DNA of 64,000 nt, taken from contig JAEOUA010000006.1 of NCBI GenBank assembly GCA_016839555.1, forward strand, positions 288,001-352,000, written 5' to 3'. Source of the DNA: Promethearchaeota archaeon (GTDB lineage: Archaea; Asgardarchaeota; Lokiarchaeia; Sigyniarchaeales; SOKP01). The position numbers were made by a program, and so were the translations under genes. Shown here one piece after another: positions 42,134 through 51,459 of the stretch (the stretch's first letter is position 1; every line of letters starts with the position of its first letter). Under the pieces are notes generated by a model. It worked only from the letters and a program-made list of their open reading frames with translations. It was not told the DNA's origin and did not search any database.

Positions 42134-42763
42134 TTGCCCCGTATTGCGCCTTTTGAAACATATCCCGACAGATACGAGAGATGGTTTCTGAAACATAAAT
42201 ATGCTTATAAATCAGAATTAATAGCAGTAAAAAATCAACTTCCCGAAGGAAAATTTGGCATTGAAATTGGTGTAGGGAGCGGTAGATTTGCAGCACCTCT
42301 AGGGATCAACCTCGGAGTAGAACCCTCCCATGAGATGAGAATGATTGCCAAAAAGAAAAAGATAAATCTTATTGATTCTATCGCTGAATATTTACCTTTT
42401 AAGAATAACTTATTTGATTTCGTTTTAATGGTGACTACAATATGCTTTCTTGACGATATAGAAGCATCCTTTAAAGAAGTGTTTAGGATTTTGAAAGAAA
42501 ATGGCTCTTTTATAATAGGTTTTATTGACCGAAATAGTGCAATTGGAAGAAAATATGAGAATTATAAAGAATCTAATGTTTTCTATAAAGTAGCAGATTT
42601 TTACTCCGTGGAAGAGGTTATAGACTTTCTAAAAAAAACTAATTTTAGAAATTTCTCCTTTAATCAAACCATTTTACACCCTTTATCAGCAATTAAAGAA
42701 AAAGAAGAAATAAAAAAAGGGTATGGTGAGGGATCTTTTGTGACTATTAAAGCAATAAAATGA
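42134..42763 (+). CDS. Class I SAM-dependent methyltransferase
   Basis: EIGVGSGRF, AEYLPF..FD..VTTICF. Confidence 0.9.
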   Translation: MPRIAPFETYPDRYERWFLKHKYAYKSELIAVKNQLPEGKFGIEIGVGSGRFAAPLGINLGVEPSHEMRMIAKKKKINLIDSIAEYLPFKNNLFDFVLMVTTICFLDDIEASFKEVFRILKENGSFIIGFIDRNSAIGRKYENYKESNVFYKVADFYSVEEVIDFLKKTNFRNFSFNQTILHPLSAIKEKEEIKKGYGEGSFVTIKAIK

Positions 42764-42828
42764 TGATTGGTAAAGTTGGGAAAATTATCGTATTTTTAAA
42801 ATTTTGATCTAATTATCTGATGATTTTT

Positions 42829-43596
42829 TTAATAGTCATGTGGAATTCCTTTAATATGCAGGAGTAAATGTTCATATCCATCTATATCTTTTATCCATCC
42901 ATAATTTGCATCTTTCTTTGAATCTAAATCTTTAATATAAGGTTTAATATCGAGTAAAGGAGTATCATCAAAAACATCTAATCCTGAAGTAAAGATTTTA
43001 TTATCTACAATTTTTTTAATTTTTACAATGCTAATTCCTATGGGATTTGGGCGTACAGGAGATCTACTCGCAAAAACTCCAACTTCTAATCCACCAGTCC
43101 AAGGGGGAGATACTATATTCTCTGTTTCTCGAGATATACGATGAATATAATAAATTATATAGATATACTTAAATTTCTCAAGTGCGTGAAGTCCCTCAAC
43201 ATATTCAGGATTTAGAATAATTTGAAAATTTCCTTTATCTTTATCGACCGGTTGATAAGGGGCATTATCTGTATAAGGCGTATGAATGATCCCAATCTCT
43301 TTGAATTTAAATTTATTTATAGATTTACTCCTTTTAGGTATTGAACTTTCTTTTTCTTTTATTTTTTTATCTAAATTTTTATTTTCATCGCTTTCTAATT
43401 TTTCTTTCGCTGATTCAAAACTTTTATTTATTTCCTCAAATAAATGCATTGCTTCTGTTAAATCTTGAGTAATACCTTCAGAAATAGATTTTTTAATTTT
43501 TTCTACCCATTTTTCAATTTCTTTTTCATGCTGTTTATTATGGTTAATCCAATAAGAGAAAAGCTTGTTGAGCTCTTCTGGTTTTAAATCATTCAT
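42829..43596 (-). CDS. tsaA: TrmO/TsaA family tRNA methyltransferase with N-terminal helical His-motif domain
   Basis: IG.IHTPY, GVFASRSP.RPNPIG, LD..D.TPLLDIKPY; N-terminal WINHNKQH. Confidence 0.82.
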   Translation of the reverse strand: MNDLKPEELNKLFSYWINHNKQHEKEIEKWVEKIKKSISEGITQDLTEAMHLFEEINKSFESAKEKLESDENKNLDKKIKEKESSIPKRSKSINKFKFKEIGIIHTPYTDNAPYQPVDKDKGNFQIILNPEYVEGLHALEKFKYIYIIYYIHRISRETENIVSPPWTGGLEVGVFASRSPVRPNPIGISIVKIKKIVDNKIFTSGLDVFDDTPLLDIKPYIKDLDSKKDANYGWIKDIDGYEHLLLHIKGIPHDY

Positions 43597-43701
43597 ATTT
43601 AGTGTTTGCTCTTATCCTCTCTAGTTGAGTCCTTTTGTATTAAAAATTCTAAAAAGATATTTAATAATCCCCATCTAAGCTAATATAAATCTTAAAAATA
43701 T

Positions 43702-44043
43702 TTATATGAGAGCTTCGATTTTTTCTAAGGTTTTTTCATTAACTTTTATTTCCCTTAAAAAGTGTCTTTTAATTCTTTTAAGGAATCCTCTCCTTTCTTT
43801 TTCTGTTTCATAATTTGTTAATAGTTCTTTAACCCATTTGATGTTATTTTCTACTTCTTCAGGAATTTTTTCACTATCATGTCTGGCGGCATTTTGCGGA
43901 CATATTTTATGGCATGTGCCACATCTAATACATATATCCATATCTATTTGAGCATTTTCATCAACCATAGTAATCGCTCCAGAAGGACATTCTTCAATGC
44001 AAATGCCGCAACCATCACATAAATTTGCATCTATCCAAGGCAT
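43702..44043 (-). CDS. 2x[4Fe-4S] ferredoxin with helical C-terminal extension
   Basis: Two CxxCxxCxxxCP motifs. Confidence 0.9.
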   Translation of the reverse strand: MPWIDANLCDGCGICIEECPSGAITMVDENAQIDMDICIRCGTCHKICPQNAARHDSEKIPEEVENNIKWVKELLTNYETEKERRGFLKRIKRHFLREIKVNEKTLEKIEALI

Positions 44044-44287
44044 TTTATATTCACTTTTAAATTAAATATATAAAATCTATCATTAGTTTTATTAAAATTT
44101 TATTAATTAAGAAAAGATACACTATTTTAAAAAAAAGTTCGAATTTTATATATAATTATTTATTTAACAGTTTATATTTCAAATCTTTTAGCTTTTTTTC
44201 TCTATTATTACAAAAATATTTGTTTATTTTTCGATAAACCTAATAATATAAACTATTGGCCACTTCATATTGAATATCATCAATGAA

Positions 44288-45253
44288 TTATTCTACCCAA
44301 CCTATTCCAACTACACAGCCTTGATAATCAATCATTTTATTTTTAGTAAACCCCGCTTTTACCAAATCACTTTTCAATTCTTCCTCCGTAAAAATAGTAT
44401 CAGAAATAGATTCTTTATAGATTTTTAAAAGTAAATCCGCAGTAACATCGTCAGTAAGAGGAAAGTCTGCTTTTGTTACTACAATAATCATCCCTCCTGG
44501 CTGAAGAATCCTATGGAGTTCCTTTAACACTTCAACCTCATTCATTCTAAAAAAATTGGTATTTTTTTTATAGTCCGGTATCGCAACCATTTCAATGAAA
44601 TCATTAGGCTCTCTAATTGTTTTTTTATATACTTCTGAAATATGAATATCCATCAGTTCTGTTTCAGTATAATTCTCATAGTTTTCTTTCTTAGAGAGAA
44701 TAAAAACTTCATCAGCTAATGTTTTAAATAAACTTATAAGTCTCAAAAAAATATGCTTGGAGAACCATACTGCCATAATATTTTCTAAATGGTCTTTATT
44801 GCTAATTTTTTTTATCCGGTCCGTTAACCCCTCGTCAAACTGTATAACATCTGGAATCACACTGCTATCCATAAAAAATTGTAGCAGATATTTTAATAAA
44901 TAATTGGTTAGTGGTGTGGCCTCGACTGTTTGAACTCTTCTCTTATGATTAAGGTTAAATTTTACTAAACCTCGTTTTTCGAGGTTAGATAAATTATTAT
45001 AAAAACTGGAAGTAGAGAGATCTGAATTACTTTTTTCTTTTTTCTCAGTATATTCAAGATATTTGGCTTCATATTCACTTAAATTTATATCTTTGAATTT
45101 ATTTACGTTTATTTTGTTATTTTGAATTAATTCATTTACAATTACATAAAGAGTGTATCTTACAATTGGCTTTCCATACTCTAACAATAAATTTAGAGTA
45201 ATGATTTCTATAAGTGATAGATCAATAAGATTTCCAATTCGTAACTTTTTCAT
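44288..45253 (-). CDS. Putative regulator: N-terminal winged HTH plus C-terminal methyltransferase-like fold
   Basis: STSSFYNNLSNLEKRGLV (wHTH); LKELHRILQPGG and L.KAGF (class I MTase C-terminal motifs); no GxGxG. Confidence 0.6.
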   Translation of the reverse strand: MKKLRIGNLIDLSLIEIITLNLLLEYGKPIVRYTLYVIVNELIQNNKINVNKFKDINLSEYEAKYLEYTEKKEKSNSDLSTSSFYNNLSNLEKRGLVKFNLNHKRRVQTVEATPLTNYLLKYLLQFFMDSSVIPDVIQFDEGLTDRIKKISNKDHLENIMAVWFSKHIFLRLISLFKTLADEVFILSKKENYENYTETELMDIHISEVYKKTIREPNDFIEMVAIPDYKKNTNFFRMNEVEVLKELHRILQPGGMIIVVTKADFPLTDDVTADLLLKIYKESISDTIFTEEELKSDLVKAGFTKNKMIDYQGCVVGIGWVE

Positions 45254-45435
45254 AATTCGTTCTTATTTTTAAATAATTAAAATTTATTAATAAGATTTTC
45301 AAAATTGAAAATTATTTATACCAAAAAATGAAAATACTTTAATATAAAGTTATAAATTATAATAATTAGAATTAAAAATTTTAAAAATAATCTTTCTATA
45401 AAAAATTGAGAAAAATTAGAGAGGTATATCAATAA

Positions 45436-47937
45436 ATGAGTAAAACTTCAGATTCCTCTGAATTTAAGAAACAGCATCCTTTTGAGGTGGCAAAACCTCA
45501 CGATATGCTTCCACGATCTAAATGGCTTCGTGAATATTATTTTAAAGGAGCTGAAAGAGAATGGAACAATGAATTCTCTCCTTTCACTACTGGAACAGAA
45601 TGGGACATATTGTTTAATGAATTAAATTTTTACATCGTCCCAGAGGTGTATATGTACATTGGAAACAAAGGAAAGGGGGTATTTGAAACTTCCTTCAGAT
45701 CAAGCGCAATCCCCATTGATTTACCGGAAAATTTTTGGGATTTATCCATTCCTGAACGAAGAGTTCTTTTTTTTGAAAAAGCAATGGTGGATTATATCCC
45801 TTACGAAATTATCTCTGAAAACGATTTAATCGCGGGTGGACGTTATAACACTCAATTAAGTCATTGCTTAGATAATAAAGAAACTAAGAAATTTTGGAAA
45901 AAATTAATTAAAACGCGTGAAAAATTCTTCAAATTCCATAAAAGTGGATTCGGTAACACAGGCGCTACCTCAGGGCATATTATTCCCGACTATGAAACGG
46001 TTATAAATAAAGGTTTTAAATTTTTGCATGATAAAGCGAAGAGGAGCTATGAAAATCTCAGTGGAAAAGAGAAAAACGGAGCAGAAGGGGCAGAATTGCG
46101 AGCAATGATAAGAGCCACTGAAATCCCCAGAAAATTAGCAAAGAGATATGCAGAAGAATGTCGAAGATTAAAGGAAGATGCCACTCCAGAAAGAGCAGAA
46201 GAATTAGAACAGATGGCAAAAAGTTTAGAAAGAGTACCATGGGAACCAGCAGAAACCTTCTGGCAGGGTGTTCAAGCAATATGGTTAACGCATATGTTAA
46301 TTATGGCAGAAGAATCATACCCGGGAGCGGGCACATCTTTTGGCAGAACAGACCAACACCTCTGGCATTTATATAAGAAAGATGTAATTGAAGAGAAAAC
46401 CATCACCAAAGACTTCGCAAAAGAAATATTGGGAAGCTTTTGGTTTCATTGCAATACTGCATATGATGCGATGATACGAGTAGGGAAACAAGGGATCACA
46501 TCAGGCTTCGGACAATTAATGACACTTTCAGGCTGTGGTCCAAATGGGGAAGATCTGACGAATGAACTAACGTATACCATTTTAGAAGTCATAGATGAAT
46601 GGTCTCCGATCCTCGAACCGAAACCAAATATCCGCCTACATCGAAATTCTCCGGATAAATTACTTAATATCATTGTAGACATGGTGTCACGCGCTCAAGG
46701 AGCACCATTTCTGTTAAATTTCGATGAAAGAAGTATTGCAGGAATGGTCTTGGAAGGAATTCCCAAAGAGCAGGCATGGGATTATGCATGTGTGGGCTGT
46801 TTAGAAAATACAATGCAAGGAAATGATCGCTCTGGAACCGTGAATTGTAATCCAAACTTAGCAAAAAGTATAGAATTAACCTTATGGAACGGCAAAAATA
46901 TGCCGGGAAATGTAGTTAAAGACTGGACAAAGGAAGGAGAGCAATTTGGACCAAAAACAGGAGATTCAGAAAATTTTGAAACATGGGAAGAGTTTTTTGC
47001 CGCATGGAAAAAGCAAATCGAATTTATCATTAGATATCTTGTGGAAGTTAATAATGAAACAGAAGAACTACGTGGAAATTATCTTCCAACTCCTTATTTA
47101 TCCACTTTTGTAAGAGGATGCATTGAACAAGGCTTAGATGTGAGAAATGGGGGAGCAGAATTAAGTTTTATCACCGTGGAAGGGGTTGGCTATGCCACTA
47201 CCGTTGATTCTTTATTAGCAATCAAAAAACTGGTGTATGAGGATAAAAAATATACAATTTCGGAAATAAAGGATGCATTAGTTAAAGATTTTCAAGGAAA
47301 AGAAAATTCGATCATTCAAACCACTTTAATTCATAAAGCTCCAAAATACGGAAATGATAATGATGAAGCGGATGAATTGGCTCGAATAGTAATGAAAACA
47401 TGGGCTGATGAAACATGGAAATATAAAACTCCCACCAACTTTCAATATCGACCTGGAATGCTTTCGTGGAATTATTGGGCGGGTGCTGATGCAATGCTTA
47501 CACCAGCAACTCCCAATGGTCGGAATGCCGCGACCTATTTGTCGAATGCAATTTGTCCTACAGATGGCGTCGATATAAAAGGCCCCACAGCGGTGACTAA
47601 TTCCGTAGGAATGGCCCTCGGAGGCAAGACTGAGCATGGTGAATATATCAATTACTTACCAAATGGCGCAAGTCACACCATCACCTTTAATCCAAGCATA
47701 CTACGAGTCCCAGAAAATAAGGAGAAATTTAAATCATATCTTCGTGGATATATTGAAAATGGAGGAACTTCTTTGCAAATTAACATGATTGATGCTGATG
47801 TGTTGCGCGATGCTCAAAAGCACCCGGAGAACTATGAAAACCTGCTGGTCAGAATTACTGGCTATAATGCGTATTTTACGGCGATTGGGAAAGAGCTTCA
47901 AAACGAGATAATAAAGCGAGAATCTCATCAAATATAA
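45436..47937 (+). CDS. Glycyl radical enzyme (non-PFL, single-Cys eliminase-like class), substrate unknown
   Basis: Cys loop CVGCLE, glycyl motif VRITGY, SFGR.DQ, APKYGND, ATPNGR. Confidence 0.92.
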   Translation: MSKTSDSSEFKKQHPFEVAKPHDMLPRSKWLREYYFKGAEREWNNEFSPFTTGTEWDILFNELNFYIVPEVYMYIGNKGKGVFETSFRSSAIPIDLPENFWDLSIPERRVLFFEKAMVDYIPYEIISENDLIAGGRYNTQLSHCLDNKETKKFWKKLIKTREKFFKFHKSGFGNTGATSGHIIPDYETVINKGFKFLHDKAKRSYENLSGKEKNGAEGAELRAMIRATEIPRKLAKRYAEECRRLKEDATPERAEELEQMAKSLERVPWEPAETFWQGVQAIWLTHMLIMAEESYPGAGTSFGRTDQHLWHLYKKDVIEEKTITKDFAKEILGSFWFHCNTAYDAMIRVGKQGITSGFGQLMTLSGCGPNGEDLTNELTYTILEVIDEWSPILEPKPNIRLHRNSPDKLLNIIVDMVSRAQGAPFLLNFDERSIAGMVLEGIPKEQAWDYACVGCLENTMQGNDRSGTVNCNPNLAKSIELTLWNGKNMPGNVVKDWTKEGEQFGPKTGDSENFETWEEFFAAWKKQIEFIIRYLVEVNNETEELRGNYLPTPYLSTFVRGCIEQGLDVRNGGAELSFITVEGVGYATTVDSLLAIKKLVYEDKKYTISEIKDALVKDFQGKENSIIQTTLIHKAPKYGNDNDEADELARIVMKTWADETWKYKTPTNFQYRPGMLSWNYWAGADAMLTPATPNGRNAATYLSNAICPTDGVDIKGPTAVTNSVGMALGGKTEHGEYINYLPNGASHTITFNPSILRVPENKEKFKSYLRGYIENGGTSLQINMIDADVLRDAQKHPENYENLLVRITGYNAYFTAIGKELQNEIIKRESHQI

Positions 47938-47965
47938 ATAATAGTAAGGAGGTAATTATAGTATC

Positions 47966-48970
47966 ATGGCAAGTGCATCTAAAGTATTGATTTTCGAAAT
48001 ACAGAAAATGTCTACAGAAGACGGACCTGGAATTCGAACAACAGTCTTTATGAAGCATTGTCCATTAAAATGTGTATGGTGTCATAATCCAGAATCGATC
48101 CCGAAAAAGCCACTATTAGAATGGTTAAAACACAAGTGCATAGGATGTAAAACATGTGTAGAAACATGCAAACAGCATGCGCTCTCTCTTGATAAGGAAG
48201 GACTTCACATAGATAGAGAGAAATGTATTAGCTGTGGAGAGTGTGTAGAAGCATGTCCAAGCACAGCACTTCATATGTTTGGCACTTGGTGGGACTTAGA
48301 AGACTTATTTCACGAAGTACATAAAGATAGGGTATATTATATAAAATCTGGCGGAGGAATTACGGTCTCTGGTGGAGAGCCCACCCTTCAGCCCGAATTT
48401 ATAGAACATTTCTTTAAAAAATGTAAGGAAAATGGGCTTTCTACAGCCTTAGATACCTGTGGATATGCATCAAAAGAGACTTTTAAGAAAATATTACCCT
48501 ATGTCGATTTAATATTGTTAGATATTAAGGAAATAGATCCAGAAAAGCATAAGGAATATACAGGAGTTTCCAATGAAAAAATTCTTGAAAATGCCAAATG
48601 GCTTGCCAGCTATGTAAAAGATCATAACAAAAAAATCTGGATAAGAACACCTCTAATTCCAAACTATACTGCGACGAAAGAAAATATTAAGGGAATTGGA
48701 ACTTTTATCGTCAACGAGTTAGAAAATATTCCCGAGAGGTGGGATCTTCTGGCGTTTAATAACTTATGCGCCGCCAAATATGATCGCCTTGATATCGACT
48801 GGCCGCTAAACGGTTTACCATTGATGAGAGAGGAAACAATTGAAAAATTATATAAGCTGGCGAAAGATACTGGCGTTGCCAATGTGCAATGGTCTGGATT
48901 AACTAAAAAAAAGGAAAGTGAAGAAGAGATATCTTCTTATGATGATACAGTAAAATTACCTTCTTGTTAA
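47966..48970 (+). CDS. Glycyl-radical-enzyme activase with 2x[4Fe-4S] insertion
   Basis: EDGPGIRTTVF, CPLKCVWCHNPES, two ferredoxin motifs, SGGEP, DTCG. Confidence 0.94.
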   Translation: MASASKVLIFEIQKMSTEDGPGIRTTVFMKHCPLKCVWCHNPESIPKKPLLEWLKHKCIGCKTCVETCKQHALSLDKEGLHIDREKCISCGECVEACPSTALHMFGTWWDLEDLFHEVHKDRVYYIKSGGGITVSGGEPTLQPEFIEHFFKKCKENGLSTALDTCGYASKETFKKILPYVDLILLDIKEIDPEKHKEYTGVSNEKILENAKWLASYVKDHNKKIWIRTPLIPNYTATKENIKGIGTFIVNELENIPERWDLLAFNNLCAAKYDRLDIDWPLNGLPLMREETIEKLYKLAKDTGVANVQWSGLTKKKESEEEISSYDDTVKLPSC

Positions 48971-48999
48971 TAAAAATTAAATAAAAAAGATGACTGTGT

Positions 49000-49905
49000 A
49001 TGGCAAAAAATAAAACGAAAAATAAGACAAAAGGACCTCAATGGTCTAAGACATTATCTCCGGAAGCAATTGAGTTTACCCAACCCGCAATAATGTTAAA
49101 AATGGTATCGACAATTGATGATCGTGGGTGGCCTCATATCACCATCATCACAAGTAATCGTGCGTCTGCTAAAGATAAGATTGTATGGGGTGCCTTCACA
49201 GATGGGACGAGTAAAGAAAACGTAAAAAAAAATCCCAAGCAAGGGATTCTTTATATGACTGCTGAAATGCCCTTTAAATTCCTTCAAGCGAAAGCGGATT
49301 TTGATTATACAACGAAAGAAGGAGATGATTTAGAATTCTTCAACAACACCGAATTAATGCGCTATTTCACTTATGTCAGGGTTCATACTGCATATTATAA
49401 TAATCTGGTAGCTGCAACCGGAATAAGAGACCTTCCACTGTTGGGAATCGTGTCTGGGATTGTAAAAGATTTAATCGGGAAAGGAGGGTTAAAAACAGGT
49501 TTAGATGAAGAGCGGCTGAATCCAATAGGATATAAGCTCTATACTGCTCCTATTGCAGTACGAGCAATCGCATATTTGGATCCGTCCGATGGCTATCCTA
49601 TAATAATTCCTTGTATTCCACTACAGGCCGCTGATCATAATAGACTCGTTTTTCCCTTGGCATCAAACAGCGATGATTTGCTCAAAATTCCAGAAGGAGC
49701 AAAAGTAGCGGTTCATTGTATGAATTTTGATTTTGCTAATCTAGTTGTGAAGGGAACTTATACAGGATTTAAAAAATCACGATTATTCAAATTTGGTGTA
49801 ATCGAAATCGAGGAAGTCTATAATTCTTGCCCTCCTGTGTTTGGTGTAATATATCCTGAAGAGAGGAGATATGAAAGACCAAAGGTAGTTGATTTTCATC
49901 TTTAA
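49000..49905 (+). CDS. Tandem PNPOx-like split-barrel (FMN/F420-binding) protein
   Basis: Two units: STIDDRGWPHI..SKENVKKNPK and AYLDPSDGYP.I..; co-oriented with the GRE genes after a 29-bp gap. Confidence 0.68.
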   Translation: MAKNKTKNKTKGPQWSKTLSPEAIEFTQPAIMLKMVSTIDDRGWPHITIITSNRASAKDKIVWGAFTDGTSKENVKKNPKQGILYMTAEMPFKFLQAKADFDYTTKEGDDLEFFNNTELMRYFTYVRVHTAYYNNLVAATGIRDLPLLGIVSGIVKDLIGKGGLKTGLDEERLNPIGYKLYTAPIAVRAIAYLDPSDGYPIIIPCIPLQAADHNRLVFPLASNSDDLLKIPEGAKVAVHCMNFDFANLVVKGTYTGFKKSRLFKFGVIEIEEVYNSCPPVFGVIYPEERRYERPKVVDFHL

Positions 49906-49974
49906 AAATAAATTTTATTCTTTTTTTTATATTTATTTTTTTAAACTTTAATTTTACATAAAAATTTTGTACAA

Positions 49975-50256
49975 TGGTATCTTCTTATAGCAGTAGTCAA
50001 AAATTTGATTATTGGGATTTTACTCTAATACTATTCACTTAAATCAGAAATTCCAGAAATTAAATTAAAAGGCAAATTATTGCTTGTAGCATTTATATCT
50101 ACTACTGTCGGAGCGGTTTTAGATACAACTTTACCATTTACAATCATAACTTTACCAATATTCAGGTCCTTAGAGATTTTTGGGTCTATTGCTTTTTATG
50201 GCGGATAAATTTTGCCAGATTGGATGAAGAGATTATTTTTAAAAGAAATTAAGTAA
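49975..50256 (+). pseudogene. 3' remnant of a multi-pass membrane protein gene with two in-frame stops
   Basis: LIIGILL*YYSLKSEIPEIKLKGKLLLVAFIS..GAVLD..FYGG*ILPDWMKRLF; TAA at 50026 and 50206. Confidence 0.65.
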
Positions 50257-50311
50257 TTATTTAAATCTCTAAACTTTAGTATTTCTAATAAACCCAACAA
50301 GAAATTGAATC

Positions 50312-51052
50312 GTGAACTTGTTTCGAAAACAATTTGGAATGGAATATAATCATTTATACGAAATTTTAGCCACTTCAATTAGAGATAATCCTTTAAAAAA
50401 AAAAATTATTCCAAATACAGCAGCTATGGGTATAAGGTTAGTAGAAAATAATATTATCAAAATCGCTCCCTATCCTACTACCCAAACTTATAAAAATTTA
50501 AAAGAGAATGGAGTCATCATATTAAATCTGGTAGATAATGTATATTTATTTGCATTGGCTGCTTTAAAAGAACCCGATTCACCGATAGGATTAAAAAAAT
50601 TTCCTAAAGAAAAATATCATTACATAAAGGTTCCGAATAAAGAAAATTTAGCTAAAAATATTCCAAGAAATACTGTTGACAATTTAAATGGTATTCCATA
50701 TATTAAAAGCGCTAATGGGATATTAATTTGTAAAGTTATTGATGAAAATGACAAAATAAAGAAAAATAAATTAGGGGAGATCAAAATCACAGAATTCCAA
50801 TTAAATTGTATCTTTCATAAAAAATTTAAGGAGAGTGTTAAGCTTTTTAATAGAGCTGATAATCTAGCCCTTGAGAGTATTATTTTAGCAACACGATTAA
50901 AGATAGCATATGAAAAACAAGATCAAGAACTATGCTCGGTAATTTATAATCAAATTTTAAATTATAGAAAAGATATAGCTCGATTTTCGAAAAATAAAAA
51001 CGCTAATGAAACTATGAAATTAATAGATAATTATATTAGAAGATATTCATAA
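50312..51052 (+). CDS. DUF447 family protein (methanopterin-cluster associated)
   Basis: YE..AT..PNTAAMG, TQTYKNL, FNRA..LE..I.ATR; adjacent to mptD and mptG. Confidence 0.75.
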   Translation: MNLFRKQFGMEYNHLYEILATSIRDNPLKKKIIPNTAAMGIRLVENNIIKIAPYPTTQTYKNLKENGVIILNLVDNVYLFALAALKEPDSPIGLKKFPKEKYHYIKVPNKENLAKNIPRNTVDNLNGIPYIKSANGILICKVIDENDKIKKNKLGEIKITEFQLNCIFHKKFKESVKLFNRADNLALESIILATRLKIAYEKQDQELCSVIYNQILNYRKDIARFSKNKNANETMKLIDNYIRRYS

Positions 51053-51058
51053 AATTTG

Positions 51059-51454
51059 TTATTTTTCAATAATTTTCTCGATAAACATTAAAGGGTATTC
51101 AAGATCTTTTACCCAATCTATTCTTGCTGTTATTTCTACCTGTTCAAACTGTACAATCACTTTTGCTCGGATAATTTTTCCCGTTATTTCATCGTAATCA
51201 AATTCATTGGACTTTTCTCCTTTAATATTATCTCGATCTAAATTTACTTCTACTTTTTTTATAAATGGTTGGCATTTCAGGGATGCTTCTATTCCCTTTT
51301 CAATAGAGGAAATTACTTTTTGATCCCGAGAAATAGGGATTCCACATAAAATGTGATAAAGAGCTCCGAGTTTAATACCTGCCTCAAAACATGCCCTTTC
51401 TCTTTCAGTTATATCAGAGGCAAAATAAATTTTATCTACAGTTTTTTCTTTCAT
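51059..51454 (-). CDS. mptD: Archaeal dihydroneopterin aldolase
   Basis: ERACFEAGIKLGALYH..G.P, QPF, YPLM. Confidence 0.88.
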   Translation of the reverse strand: MKEKTVDKIYFASDITERERACFEAGIKLGALYHILCGIPISRDQKVISSIEKGIEASLKCQPFIKKVEVNLDRDNIKGEKSNEFDYDEITGKIIRAKVIVQFEQVEITARIDWVKDLEYPLMFIEKIIEK

Positions 51455-51459
51455 TTTTC

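Noticed and set aside
45436-47937. Annotation as pyruvate formate-lyase (pflB)
   Set aside because: It lacks the adjacent Cys-Cys pair, and its activase has a ferredoxin insertion, unlike PflA.
46058-48882. Many short ORFs overlapping the GRE operon
   Set aside because: Expected by-product of the locally lower AT content; no motifs.
49975-50256. Stop-codon recoding (Sec/Pyl) in the interrupted membrane ORF
   Set aside because: The stops are TAA at hydrophobic positions and the 5' part is missing, so pseudogene is simpler. No TGA at a catalytic Cys position was seen anywhere in the window.
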